A stretch of DNA of 64,000 nt from Candidatus Aenigmatarchaeota archaeon (GCA_016184005.1 JACPDL010000003.1:380974-444973); one strand, 5' to 3'. Counted from the first letter of the stretch, positions 44,892-54,283 are shown. Made by a program: numbers and translations. Notes: generated from the sequence alone by a model not told the origin.

Positions 44892-46127
44892 TCATAATAA
44901 AATCGGGCCGAGTATGCTGAAAGCAATAAGCAAGAACATCAACAGGCTCATGCCCGTGACTATTGGCTTGTGGTGCCTCGTGAATTTTTTCACTATTTCT
45001 TCGAAGAGGAAGCCGCCGTCCAGGGGCTTCAACGGCAGTATATTCACCAGCCCTACAAAAAAGCTGATTGCAAACAGCCAGAAAAGCAGCGTATAAAATA
45101 CAAGCATCCCAGAACCGAGCAGGAAAATATAGGAAGTGCCAATAACTGCGATACCCAGAACAGGCCTGCTGTCACCAGTGCCCTGCAAAACAAGCGTATG
45201 GGATTCTACGTTTTTGTCGTTTATCACAAGCCCCGAGCTAGGCAGGGGTGAAAAGATAGGCGCACCCGAATCAAGTTCTGCCGTTTTGACTTCAATAGCA
45301 TCTCCAGGTTCATGCTTTGCCAGCTCATTGCGCAGCTGATCTATGCTGTTTATGCGCTGCCCGCTGATCTCAGTTATCGAGGCTGTGACGTTTTTTCCGA
45401 AAGAAGAGTTGTCAGGCGCATAAAAAGCGACGCCGGAAGGGACGAAAAACGCACTTGAAATCAGGACCAGCAGCAATAAAATAATTCCAGCGAGGAAAAT
45501 ATTTATGAAAGACCCGGCTGCATAAACGCGCATCTTGGTCTTGCGGCTCTGCTTTTCCAGCTGCTTTTCATCGGGTTCCACAAAGGCTCCGGGCAGAACC
45601 AGCAGCAATATCCAGCCGACTGATTTTATCCTCACCTTGTCAATCCTGCACATGATGCCGTGCATGGTTTCGTGCGGTACTATCACAAATGCGACGGCGA
45701 TGATCCATATCCACCAAGGCACGAACAGCACGCCGGGCACATCCAGCGACGCTGCAGGGCCCGGAAGTATGAGCCTGGCTCCGTCCTTTAACACGCCGGT
45801 TGCTATCTTGATTGACTGGTCTATAAGCAGAAAGGAGCCAAGAAGCATCACAATAATGGCAACAGCAACACCAATCATGCCGAAAGCGCTCCAGAATGTT
45901 TTGTGCCTTTGCGCTATGCTGTCTATGGTGTCGCGGAAGCGCTTGGTGCGGCGCATCAGCAGGATGCCTGCGGTAAATTTGATGTTCTTCCTGTCCTTGA
46001 AGATTATTGACGCTACTATGGAAATGAAAGCCGAAAACGAAAAAACGTTAAGATCGATGAAGCCGGCAGTGAACAGCAAAAAGAGGCTGAATAGTATGAA
46101 ACCTAGTATGAAGTAAACTATGCGCAT
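44892..46127 (-). CDS. Site-2 protease (M50 family membrane metalloprotease) with a PDZ domain.
   Basis: 411 aa. The HExxH motif is HETMHGIMC. Multiple TM helices are predicted. A PDZ-like segment (GDAIEVKTAELDSG) is present. Confidence 0.75.
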   Translation of the reverse strand: MRIVYFILGFILFSLFLLFTAGFIDLNVFSFSAFISIVASIIFKDRKNIKFTAGILLMRRTKRFRDTIDSIAQRHKTFWSAFGMIGVAVAIIVMLLGSFLLIDQSIKIATGVLKDGARLILPGPAASLDVPGVLFVPWWIWIIAVAFVIVPHETMHGIMCRIDKVRIKSVGWILLLVLPGAFVEPDEKQLEKQSRKTKMRVYAAGSFINIFLAGIILLLLVLISSAFFVPSGVAFYAPDNSSFGKNVTASITEISGQRINSIDQLRNELAKHEPGDAIEVKTAELDSGAPIFSPLPSSGLVINDKNVESHTLVLQGTGDSRPVLGIAVIGTSYIFLLGSGMLVFYTLLFWLFAISFFVGLVNILPLKPLDGGFLFEEIVKKFTRHHKPIVTGMSLLMFLLIAFSILGPILL

Positions 46128-46170
46128 CCTAACTTTATGACCAGCGAATATTAATAAAAGTTCCGCTGCG

Positions 46171-46327
46171 TGTCAAGGACCACCGTCTGAAGACGGTGGC
46201 TTGCTGAAATTTCTGAATCCTTGAGCACATGGTAAACCAAAGGTTTACCTGTGTCGCAAAGCCCAAAGCTTTGCAACAATTCGCATTCCCTGAACCACTG
46301 CTTAAAAACAATGGAATGCGAAGTATA
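46171..46327 (+). repeat. About 105-bp two-hairpin repeat element (copy 1) with a nested 51-bp two-hairpin insertion at 46228-46278, immediately upstream of the lysK start.
   Basis: The sequence TGTCAAGGACCACCGTCTGAAGACGGTGGC...CGCATTCCCTGAACCACTG-CTTAAAAACA-ATGGAATGCGAAGT matches copies at 53432-53539 and 55118-55225. The insert CATGGTAAACC-AAA-GGTTTACC...GCAAAGC-CCAA-AGCTTTGC is flanked by a CA duplication. Confidence 0.65.
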
Positions 46328-46331
46328 AATC

Positions 46332-47948
46332 ATGATGGACGCGCAGATAGAGTTCTACACATGGGCTGACAGGATAGCCGGGGAGATGCAAAAAAGAAAA
46401 GTCAAGAAGCAGGTAGTTCACGGGATGTGGACGCCTTCCGGTTATTTCCATATCGGAAATGCAAGAACTGAACTGCTCATACCGGGGCTTGTTTTCCAGG
46501 CACTGGAAGACGCCGGAACACACGCTAAATTCAATTTTTTCGTGGACGATGCAGACGATCTGGATGCAGTGCCCGCCGGACTGAATCTTAATGCTGAAGA
46601 TTTCAAGGAGCATCTTGGCAAGCCCATATACGAAGCGCCTTCTCCTGATTATAGCCATGAAACGTGGGCGGACTATTTCACCGCTGAAATAAAAGACGTG
46701 ATGCACGAATACGGATTGAAGCCAAAATGGCACTCTTCTTATGAAAATTACCACAAAGGGCTTTATGATGATTCAATAACAACCGCCCTGAACAGCGCAA
46801 GGAAGATAAGGGATATCTGGGTAAAGATAACAAGGTCTGACAAGCCTGAAAACTGGCTGCCCGTCATTGTGAAATGCGAAAACTGCGGCAGGTCAGGCAC
46901 AACAAATGCAACCGGCTGGGACGGCAAGCACCTGTCTTATTCGTGCACGCAAGACCGCGAATATGCCAAAGGCTGCAGGCATGAAGGGCAGGTTATGCCA
47001 AAGAAGGGCAATGTAAAACTGCCATGGAGGCTGCACTGGCCGGCGACATGGAACATATTCAAAACGACATTTGAATCGGCCGGCAAAGATCATTTTGCCG
47101 CCAGCGGATCGGTAGACACAGGAAAGGTTTTTTCGGAAGAGATCTTCAAGTATGCCCCGCCTCTTCTCGTAGGCGGGGAATTCGTACAGATAAAAGGGAA
47201 AAAAATATCCGGATCAAAAGGAAATGCAATATCGCTGAAGCAGTGGCTGGAATTTGCAGAGCCTGAACTGCTGCGGTTCATGATGATTTCCTACCAGCCG
47301 CAGACAGTCATTGAATTTGACCTGGAATCAAACAAGCTTTTCCTGCTTGCCGACCGCTATGACGAGGCAGAAAGCGTTTATTTCCGTGAAAAGTCTCTAA
47401 ATGAAAAGAGGGACAACCAGCTGAAAAGGGAATACACACTTTCTCAGACAGGGAAGCCCGCCAAGATGCCGCAAATCAGCTATTCAATCGCTTCCATGAT
47501 TTCCCAGGTATACGCAGGAAGAAGCACGGAAGAGATAATAAATCTACTGGAGTCAATGGGTGCCATAAAGAACCCTGGCAAAAAAGACGCTGAAAAAATA
47601 ATTCACAGGCTGAAACTGGCAAAAACATGGGTTGAAAAATACGCTCCTGAGGAAATGAGAATCAATGTCAGGGAAACAGCAAGCAAGGAATTTGTTTCCT
47701 CTTTGAATGAAAACGAAAAGAAAGCGCTGGATCAGCTGGCAGGCGAACTTGACGCATACAAGAAAGAAGGGGAACTGCAGTCGCGCATATATGAAATTGC
47801 CAGGGAAAACAACGTCGAGCCCAAGAGGCTCTTTACCATCTGCTACCAGCTTCTCATCGGCCGTGACTCGGGCCCGCGTCTCGGGCCTTTTATCATGACA
47901 ATAGGAAAAGAAAAAGTTAAAGGGCTTTTTGGCCGGGCAATAGATTAA
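46332..47948 (+). CDS. lysK: Class I lysyl-tRNA synthetase.
   Basis: 538 aa. The HIGN motif is PSGYFHIGNARTELLIPG. The KMSKS variant is KISGSKGN. A zinc-binding Cys cluster is present (CENCGRSG...CTQD...C). The architecture is archaeal LysRS-I. Confidence 0.85.
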   Translation: MMDAQIEFYTWADRIAGEMQKRKVKKQVVHGMWTPSGYFHIGNARTELLIPGLVFQALEDAGTHAKFNFFVDDADDLDAVPAGLNLNAEDFKEHLGKPIYEAPSPDYSHETWADYFTAEIKDVMHEYGLKPKWHSSYENYHKGLYDDSITTALNSARKIRDIWVKITRSDKPENWLPVIVKCENCGRSGTTNATGWDGKHLSYSCTQDREYAKGCRHEGQVMPKKGNVKLPWRLHWPATWNIFKTTFESAGKDHFAASGSVDTGKVFSEEIFKYAPPLLVGGEFVQIKGKKISGSKGNAISLKQWLEFAEPELLRFMMISYQPQTVIEFDLESNKLFLLADRYDEAESVYFREKSLNEKRDNQLKREYTLSQTGKPAKMPQISYSIASMISQVYAGRSTEEIINLLESMGAIKNPGKKDAEKIIHRLKLAKTWVEKYAPEEMRINVRETASKEFVSSLNENEKKALDQLAGELDAYKKEGELQSRIYEIARENNVEPKRLFTICYQLLIGRDSGPRLGPFIMTIGKEKVKGLFGRAID

Positions 47949-49303
47949 GCGCCTTCTTCGTAAGCAACATCGTCGCGGTAATATTTGTTAGGATATCTTA
48001 CCTTCTCAGCGTTTGCAAGAACTTTTGCCTTGGCTTTCTTTGGATTTTTATCAGAAGCAACCAGCATCATGACCCTTCCACCGCTTGTAATGCGCGTTTT
48101 TCCGCCGTCAGGGGACATTACTCCGCCTAAAAGAACGTCCACGTCGTCGTCAATCTCATCCAAGCCTTCAACCGGATAGCCCTTTTTGTAATTGGGGTCA
48201 GGATAACCCGGACGGCCATCAATGGGGCCTGAAGCAAGAACAATGCCAACAGTAAACTTTTTAACAAGGCCTGCGTCTTCCGGTCCGGTTTTTCCGTCAA
48301 TAACGCCGTTCATGACCTCATAAACATCCTTTCCGTCATCCGAGACTTCTGATTCAGGGCTGCCTGGCCTGACATTTATCTCTACGACCCGCGGATTGCC
48401 CCTGTTATCTATCATCAGCGCTGTATACATGACACCGCAGTATTCTATGCCCCTGTCCATCAAGCCGCTGAATATCGGCAATAGAATCCTGTCATGAACG
48501 TTCCGGGAAACTTCTTCCGTGCAGAAAGAAGGCACAGAATATGCAGCCATCCCGCCTGTCTGGTCGCCGACGTCACCCTTAGCTACCATGCCGCCTGCAG
48601 CATCTTTCCTGTATATCTCGCCAATACGCTTGTAGTCTTTTGCAGGCTTCTGCCGCAGAAGAACCGGGTTTCTTCCTTCAGGCGGGCGCGTGTTCATAAA
48701 AACATGATCGCTGGCTTCTGTCCCATGCATAGTATCTTCTATGACAAGAAGCTTTGCAGAATTCATGAATTCGCTTTTTGCCCTGTAAATCGCTCTAAAT
48801 GCAGACGCACGATCCTTTCCATGCAGCGCACCTTTGCCCAACGCCGGACCGGAAACCTTTACATATTTATCAGGAGGCTCGGAAAAAACATGGGTGCGCG
48901 CTTTCTCTGCACTTGCAAAAATCCCGAAATCTGCCGTGGGCACTCCCCATTCAGTCAAGTAACATTTTGCGATTGCTTTCTGGCGCTCCAATTCAGCGCC
49001 AATGATGCCGGGCCCGAAGAATCTTATTCCGTTGTCGCGAAACGTATCCGCCATGCCCTGAAACAGATACTGCTCCATGCCCGTAGTTGCAAACTGAACG
49101 CCGGTTTCTTTTGCAAGTGCCAGATAATCTCCTGGGTTTTTAAGCTGGTTGTAGTCCAGGCCTTTCACGACCTTATCAAGCGAATAAGCGCCTGCATTGC
49201 CGGGAGCCCAGACAATTTTTCCAACATGAGATGAGGCATCAAGTGCCTTAGCCATCTTGTGTTCCCTTGTGCCAGAACCAATAAGCATGACTGTGTCAGA
49301 CAT
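47945..49303 (-). CDS. purD: Phosphoribosylamine--glycine ligase (GAR synthetase).
   Basis: 452 aa. Motifs present are LIGSGTREH, APGNAG, the ATP-grasp region GDQTGGMAAYS, and LMIDNRGNPRVVEINVRPGSPE. Confidence 0.75.
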   Translation of the reverse strand: MSDTVMLIGSGTREHKMAKALDASSHVGKIVWAPGNAGAYSLDKVVKGLDYNQLKNPGDYLALAKETGVQFATTGMEQYLFQGMADTFRDNGIRFFGPGIIGAELERQKAIAKCYLTEWGVPTADFGIFASAEKARTHVFSEPPDKYVKVSGPALGKGALHGKDRASAFRAIYRAKSEFMNSAKLLVIEDTMHGTEASDHVFMNTRPPEGRNPVLLRQKPAKDYKRIGEIYRKDAAGGMVAKGDVGDQTGGMAAYSVPSFCTEEVSRNVHDRILLPIFSGLMDRGIEYCGVMYTALMIDNRGNPRVVEINVRPGSPESEVSDDGKDVYEVMNGVIDGKTGPEDAGLVKKFTVGIVLASGPIDGRPGYPDPNYKKGYPVEGLDEIDDDVDVLLGGVMSPDGGKTRITSGGRVMMLVASDKNPKKAKAKVLANAEKVRYPNKYYRDDVAYEEGA

Positions 49304-49426
49304 TGGACTTTTCTATAACACTAAAACATTTAAGCGCAAAACTGGTTCAATCTTCTCAACGCGTTCAGCTTGTCGCTGTCGCCTGTTTTTGCTTCACTAA
49401 TCACAGAACGAAGTTCAAATCTGCTA

Positions 49427-49637
49427 TGCGAGGGGTCGGATTTGAACCGACGAACGGACTAACCGACAAGGTTTCTTACAAAGCGTATGACACACTTTGT
49501 GTGTCTGTCGGCTTCTCTGAGCTACGCCTTAGTCCTAAGCTTCGCCTTAGTTAATCTTGCGCCTTTTTCTGTAATCCTTTCCGTTAACGCTTTTCGCGTG
49601 AGCCGGAAAGGGTTAGACCATGCTTGGCTACCCTCGC
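49427..49637 (-). tRNA. tRNA with a long variable arm, probably Leu (anticodon UAG). It carries a 61-nt canonical anticodon intron (about 49473-49533) and at least one further intron in the D-arm region.
   Basis: The acceptor stem is GCGAGGG/CCCTCGC with discriminator A. The T arm is GTCGG-TTCAAAT-CCGAC. The D loop AAGCATGGTCTAA is Leu/Ser-like. The anticodon loop is CTTAGGA. The canonical 37/38 intron has a perfect central helix CTTA/TAAG. A Leu-type variable arm TCGGTTAGTCCGTTC is present. How the D arm joins the anticodon stem could not be resolved; the intervening 'CTAAGGCG' is tandemly duplicated. Confidence 0.6.
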
Positions 49638-49684
49638 TTTACCATTAATCTGCGCCATAAATGACTTAAATAGATTATACTCTT

Positions 49685-50011
49685 ATGAAAATTATGGGTA
49701 GAAATTTCGACAGAGAAGTTGAAAGAGGTCTGAAAGTATTTAAGAGAAGAAAGATTCATGTCAATGGTAAACACAGATCGGCTTTTGCAGTGTCAAAAGC
49801 TGCACAATATGTTGTTGATAATTACAGATTAAAAGATTATTTGGAAATGTTAGAACTAGGTGTTCAAAGAGGTTTGATTAAAGAGAGCGATGTAATTTAT
49901 GAAGACCTTGGTGTCTATACACTAGTTACTAGAGCTATTGAGGAAAGACTAAAGGAAAATCCATTTATTGAGAAAGAAGAAAAAGCTCGTATTGCGAAAT
50001 ATGGATTGTGA
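49685..50011 (+). CDS. Hypothetical protein.
   Basis: 108-aa AT-rich ORF. No motif recognised. Confidence 0.3.
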   Translation: MKIMGRNFDREVERGLKVFKRRKIHVNGKHRSAFAVSKAAQYVVDNYRLKDYLEMLELGVQRGLIKESDVIYEDLGVYTLVTRAIEERLKENPFIEKEEKARIAKYGL

Positions 50012-50015
50012 AAAA

Positions 50016-50651
50016 TTATTTTTTCCGTACAAGAGCAATGATATTCTTGGAGAACAGGTTGAAAGCCTTGGCTTCGCTTCCGTGGAGTTCCATGATTTCG
50101 AAGCCTGCGGACTCAAGCAGTTTCTGCAGTTCTTTCTGGCCAAAGAGGTAGTAATAACGCATCAGCTTCTTGCCTTCGACGCTCCACGGAATAGAATCTT
50201 CCCTCTTGCCGCGGAACCTCGGCTGATCGCGATTCCAGCATGTAAGCAATAATTCACTGTTCTTTCTCAGCACCCTGTGCAGTTCTTTCAGCGCTTTCTT
50301 TCTGTTTTGCTTTCCTTCGATGCACTGCAATGTAGAAATGTATATAGCTGCATCAAACGTTTCATCTTCAAAAGGCAGGCTTGTTAAATTACCGCATACA
50401 AGTCCTGCATCAATGTTTCTTTCCTTCTTACATTGCTTTGCGAATTTCAACATATTCTCGGAAAAATCCAGGCCTACTATTTTCCCGTTAACACGCTCGA
50501 AATTCCTGCCGCTGCCGCAGCCAAGGTCAAGGATTAACCCGGAACGCGATCCTAGAAATTGTTTTGTTTCCGGCCACACGCGCCTGCGATACGCTTTCCA
50601 GGGCGATGCAAGAACATTCCATACATGCCGCTGGTTCATGGATAAGTTCAT
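50016..50651 (-). CDS. Class I SAM-dependent methyltransferase.
   Basis: 211 aa. The motif I LDLGCGSGRN and the Methyltransf_11-like fold point to a small-molecule methyltransferase. Confidence 0.6.
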   Translation of the reverse strand: MNLSMNQRHVWNVLASPWKAYRRRVWPETKQFLGSRSGLILDLGCGSGRNFERVNGKIVGLDFSENMLKFAKQCKKERNIDAGLVCGNLTSLPFEDETFDAAIYISTLQCIEGKQNRKKALKELHRVLRKNSELLLTCWNRDQPRFRGKREDSIPWSVEGKKLMRYYYLFGQKELQKLLESAGFEIMELHGSEAKAFNLFSKNIIALVRKK

Positions 50652-50661
50652 TCAATTATCT

Positions 50662-52515
50662 TTAAGATGCTTTCCCAGATAATTTTATTTCTTCGATATT
50701 GTTCTGCCTGCAGTAATCGGCTATCTTCTCCAGGAATTCATGGCCGTATCTCTCAAGTTTTATATTCCCCACGCCCTTTATTTTCGACAGGCTTTGTGCG
50801 CTGCGCGGGAAGAATGTAGCCATTTCCCTGAGCGTGAAGTCGGGGAATATCATATAGGGGGGCACATTTTCTGCATCGGCCAGGGTTTTTCTCAGTACTC
50901 TCAGGATTTCAAACAGCCTGTCGTCTGCCGCTGCGCTCACTTGTTTGCCGTCCTGAAGATTCATCTGGACTTCTTTTGTTTTTTCTCTGGGCTTCGTGAG
51001 GTTCACGCTTCCGCTGCCGGCCAGAACACCAGAACATTTCTGATTCAGCCTTAAAACAGGGTACTTGTCGCCCGCTACGCCAATGAAGCCGAGCTGGACA
51101 AGCTCTCTTATGAAAACCTGCAGCTGCTTGGGGCTGTATTCACTTCCTGCCCCGTGAGAACCGAGTTTGTCATGGCCATAAATGCGCATCCTGTCCCCCT
51201 TTCCTTTGCCCACCAATACCGATATTATGTAATTCATGCCGAACCGCTGGTTTGTATCCCTGATGCACGCAAAAATCTTTTTTGCAATTTCTGTTCCGTC
51301 GAAGGTTTCTCTTGGCGCAAGGCATGCATCGCACTTTTCACACCGGTCAGCGTGCATTTCCCCGAAATACCCAAGAAGGAATTTTCTTCTGCACTGCATA
51401 CTCTCGCAAAATCTTGTCATTTCGCCAAGCTTTTTGTAGGCTATTGCTTTCTTCTGCCGGTTCTTTGATTTTTCTATAAGCGCTTCAATCTTTTTCCTGT
51501 CGCCGTAACTGAAGAAAAGAATACAGTCGCTGTCCAGCCTGTCCCTTCCGGCCCTTCCTGTTTCCTGGTAATAGCTTTCGATGTTTTTTGGCAGGTCATA
51601 ATGTATTACATAGCGCACATTCGGCTTGTTTATGCCCATGCCAAACGCTATTGTCGCCACTATTATTTCTGCATCGTCTTTTATGAACATCTCCTGGTTT
51701 TTAGATCTTGTTTCTTTTGGCAGCCCGGCATGGTAGGGGAGCGCACGAAAACCCTCTTCCTGCAGTTTCCTGGCAACGTTTTCCGCGGAGTTGCGGCTTT
51801 GGCAGTATATTATACCAGAGTCTTTCCGGTGCTTGCTTAGATAAGACAATGTCTGGCCGTATGCGTCTTCTTTCGGCCGCACATAATAAAAAAGATTCGG
51901 CCTGTTGAAGCTGGCTTTGTATATCCTTGGCGCAGAAAGTTTCAGCGCCTGTATTATGTCGTTCTGAACGTCCGGCACGGCTGTCGCAGTAAGGGCGACT
52001 ATAGGCACGTGCGGGAGCGTTTCCCTGAGTATTCTGAGTTTTCTGTATTCCGGCCTGAAGTCATGGCCCCATTCTGATATGCAATGCGCCTCGTCAACAG
52101 CAAACAAGACTATCTTCAGCGTTTTTAGAAAACCGAGAAAATCAGGCGATGTGAGCCTTTCCGGGGCAATGTACAGCATTTTATCCCTGTTTTCAAGGAG
52201 CCTGGTTTTTATGTGCTCTATCTCCTTCATGCCCAGGGAGCTGTTTATGCAGGACGCCCCAATGCCGTTGACCCTCAGGCTGTCGACCTGGTCTTTCATC
52301 AATGCAATAAGCGGCGATATGACAACAGTTATCCCGTCTTTCATGACAGCAGGAAGCTGGTAGCACAGGGATTTTCCGCTTCCTGTGGGCATGAGGACAA
52401 AAACGTCTCTCCCGGCAAGAACGTCATTCACTATGCTCTCCTGCATGGGCTGAAAGTCAGAATAGCCAAAATGTTTCTTCAGGGCTTCCGTTGAATTCTG
52501 CATAAGTAAATTCAA
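50662..52515 (-). CDS. recQ: ATP-dependent DNA helicase RecQ.
   Basis: 617 aa. Walker A is LMPTGSGKSLCYQLPA. The DEAH box is FAVDEAHCISEWGHDFRPEY. The RecQ zinc-binding motif (CRRKFLLGYFGE...CEKCDAC) is present, with winged-helix and HRDC-like C-terminal domains. Confidence 0.85.
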   Translation of the reverse strand: MNLLMQNSTEALKKHFGYSDFQPMQESIVNDVLAGRDVFVLMPTGSGKSLCYQLPAVMKDGITVVISPLIALMKDQVDSLRVNGIGASCINSSLGMKEIEHIKTRLLENRDKMLYIAPERLTSPDFLGFLKTLKIVLFAVDEAHCISEWGHDFRPEYRKLRILRETLPHVPIVALTATAVPDVQNDIIQALKLSAPRIYKASFNRPNLFYYVRPKEDAYGQTLSYLSKHRKDSGIIYCQSRNSAENVARKLQEEGFRALPYHAGLPKETRSKNQEMFIKDDAEIIVATIAFGMGINKPNVRYVIHYDLPKNIESYYQETGRAGRDRLDSDCILFFSYGDRKKIEALIEKSKNRQKKAIAYKKLGEMTRFCESMQCRRKFLLGYFGEMHADRCEKCDACLAPRETFDGTEIAKKIFACIRDTNQRFGMNYIISVLVGKGKGDRMRIYGHDKLGSHGAGSEYSPKQLQVFIRELVQLGFIGVAGDKYPVLRLNQKCSGVLAGSGSVNLTKPREKTKEVQMNLQDGKQVSAAADDRLFEILRVLRKTLADAENVPPYMIFPDFTLREMATFFPRSAQSLSKIKGVGNIKLERYGHEFLEKIADYCRQNNIEEIKLSGKAS

Positions 52516-52639
52516 ATCATGAAATATTTATACAAGACATATATCCAGATACAGAGTATATAATTTGGAAGGACATAACTTTTATCATCACCGATACCTA
52601 TTTAAGTAAGAAAGTAAAATAATCTTATTAGGTGATGTT

Positions 52640-52888
52640 ATGACTGAGAAAGAAGTGCAATTGACAACGGCATCTGCAAGGGGTCAGGTTGTTATACCCC
52701 AAGAGATCAGAGAAGAACTAGGCATAGGATCAGGTACGAAATTCGCTGTCTATGGTAAGGGCGATACAATTATTTTCAAGCGCGTGGAAGTGCCGACAGC
52801 AAAGGATTTTGAGAAACTTGCTTCATTTGGACGCAAATTCGCAAAAAAGAAAGGCATAAGGGAAAAAGACGTGCTCGAAGATGACTAG
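52640..52888 (+). CDS. AbrB/SpoVT-family antitoxin (VapB/MazE-like).
   Basis: 82 aa. The swapped-hairpin motif is QVVIPQEIREELGIGSGTKFAVYGKGDTIIFKRVE. It overlaps the downstream PIN gene by 8 bp. Confidence 0.6.
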   Translation: MTEKEVQLTTASARGQVVIPQEIREELGIGSGTKFAVYGKGDTIIFKRVEVPTAKDFEKLASFGRKFAKKKGIREKDVLEDD

Positions 52889-53285
52889 AGTAGTAGCCGA
52901 TACCAATATCATTATTTCTGCAATTTTCTGGAATGGCAAGCCCTACAGGGTTATATCCAAGGGCATGCAAGGAGAATATCAGCTCGTGACGTCTCCGGAA
53001 ATCATAGATGAAGTCCTGACCAAATTACGCAATAAATTCCAGTTTCCGGAAGACAAAATTGAGGAGCAGGCAAACATATTGATGTCTTTGTTCCACATGA
53101 TTATACCAACCACGAAAATAGACGTAGTGCGTGACAAAAGCGATAACAAGATAATCGAATGCGCCATTGATGGCAAAGCTGATTTCATAGTTACAGGAGA
53201 TCCGGACCTTCTGAACCTGAAAGAGTACAATGGAATAAGAATTGTTACAGCTAATGAGCTCTTGCACGACTATAAAGTTCGTTAG
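52881..53285 (+). CDS. vapC: PIN-domain toxin (VapC family).
   Basis: 134 aa. It has the VVADTNIIISA N-terminus and later acidic residues (TGDPDL). Confidence 0.7.
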   Translation: MTRVVADTNIIISAIFWNGKPYRVISKGMQGEYQLVTSPEIIDEVLTKLRNKFQFPEDKIEEQANILMSLFHMIIPTTKIDVVRDKSDNKIIECAIDGKADFIVTGDPDLLNLKEYNGIRIVTANELLHDYKVR

Positions 53286-53431
53286 CCATCTCAAACTATA
53301 ATACTATGGTTTTGAATCATAATGGATCGTCTTTAGCAGTTTATCTTTTGCATCATTTGGCAAAGTAGCTATTTCGCCGCTACTCTTATTTTCTCTTCTA
53401 TGAAATGTTACTTGGAAGTTTTTCAAGAATA

Positions 53432-53539
53432 TGTCAAGGACCACCGTCTAAAGACGGTGGCATGCTGAAATTTATGAATCCTTGAGCAATTCGCATTCCC
53501 TGAACCACTGTTTAAAAACAGTGGAATGCGAAGTTTCAA
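53432..53539 (+). repeat. About 105-bp two-hairpin repeat element (copy 2), intergenic.
   Basis: Identical to copy 3 over about 100 nt. Hairpins are CCACCGTCT-AA-AGACGGTGG and CGCATTCC[ctgaa]CCACTG-tttaaaaa-CAGTGGAATGCG. Flanked by TCAA on both sides. Confidence 0.65.
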
Positions 53540-53543
53540 TCAA

Positions 53544-53861
53544 TTAATATCTCCCCATACTCCCGTCAATTTTCAGTGCCCAGTCTTCTACGCCGCCTTT
53601 CATGGACACGGCATTGAAACCCATTTGCTTCAAGAAATTTGCCGCCTTCAGGCTTCTGTTTCCTGTGTGGCAGTAAACGATGATTTTCTTTTTCTTCGGC
53701 AATTCATCCAGGCGCGATTGTATTTCTCTCATTGGTATATGCACGTCGTTTTTGATAGCGCATATATCCCGTTCCCAGCCCTCGCGAACATCGAGTAAGA
53801 CAACACTATCTCTGGAAATCATCTCTGAAGTTTCTTCTACAGTTACTTCCATATCGTTCAT
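53544..53861 (-). CDS. Rhodanese-domain sulfurtransferase.
   Basis: 105 aa. The active-site loop is IVYCHTGNRS. Single rhodanese domain. Confidence 0.75.
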   Translation of the reverse strand: MNDMEVTVEETSEMISRDSVVLLDVREGWERDICAIKNDVHIPMREIQSRLDELPKKKKIIVYCHTGNRSLKAANFLKQMGFNAVSMKGGVEDWALKIDGSMGRY

Positions 53862-53873
53862 ATAGTCACCAAA

Positions 53874-54113
53874 TGCTCTCGGCGGGATTGCTGCAAAGAG
53901 CGAAGCTGTTTGAGCCCTCGATGAGCTACGCTCAACTCGAAGAAGCCCAAAGGCCTTCTTGAGTTTACAGAAAGTTTCACTTTCTGATAAATCGAAGGTG
54001 AACCCAGGGGTTCAAATCTTATGCTCTCGGCGGGATTGCTTCAGAAACCAAAGGTTTCTGAGCTCTCGGCGAGCTGCGCTCAGCCGCAGATGAACCCAGG
54101 GGTTCAAATCTTA
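53874..54113 (-). repeat. Tandem partial duplications of the tRNA-Glu 3' end, interspersed with mini-hairpins.
   Basis: The 17-nt tRNA 3' terminus (reverse complement AATCCCGCCGAGAGCAT) recurs at 53874-53890 and 54022-54038, in addition to the real tRNA at 54113-54129. A 40-nt unit (tgaacccaggggttcaaatcttatgctctcggcgggatt) occurs twice. Between the copies lie diverged 45-nt repeats and the hairpins AGAAACC-AAA-GGTTTCT, CAGAAAG-TTTCA-CTTTCTG and GAAGCCC-AAA-GGCCTTC. Confidence 0.6.
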
Positions 54114-54237
54114 TGCTCTCGGCGGGATTTGAACCCGCGTCCGCGGCGATCTCCAGTTTTTCCCCGAGGGCTTTTGCGCCTCAGCGGAAAAGGGCTCTGA
54201 GAGGCCACTATCCTTGACCGGGCTAGACTACGAGAGC
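54114..54237 (-). tRNA. tRNA-Glu (anticodon CUC) with a 49-nt canonical 37/38 intron (54149-54197).
   Basis: The acceptor stem is GCTCTCG/CGAGAGC with discriminator A. The D arm is GTCT-AGCCCGGTCAA-GGAT. The anticodon stem is GTGGC/GCCGC and the loop is CUCUCA|C. The T arm is GCGGG-TTCAAAT-CCCGC. The intron's BHB central helix is CTCT/GGAG with bulges CA|G and AT|C. Confidence 0.75.
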
Positions 54238-54283
54238 TGCTGAAGCATATACAGCTTTTTAGCACATTTAAATGCTACCTTAA

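Noticed and set aside
53998-54038. A plus-strand tRNA suggested by 'GGGGTTCAAATC'.
   Set aside because: The flanks do not pair as a T stem. The sequence is the duplicated downstream flank of the minus-strand tRNA-Glu.
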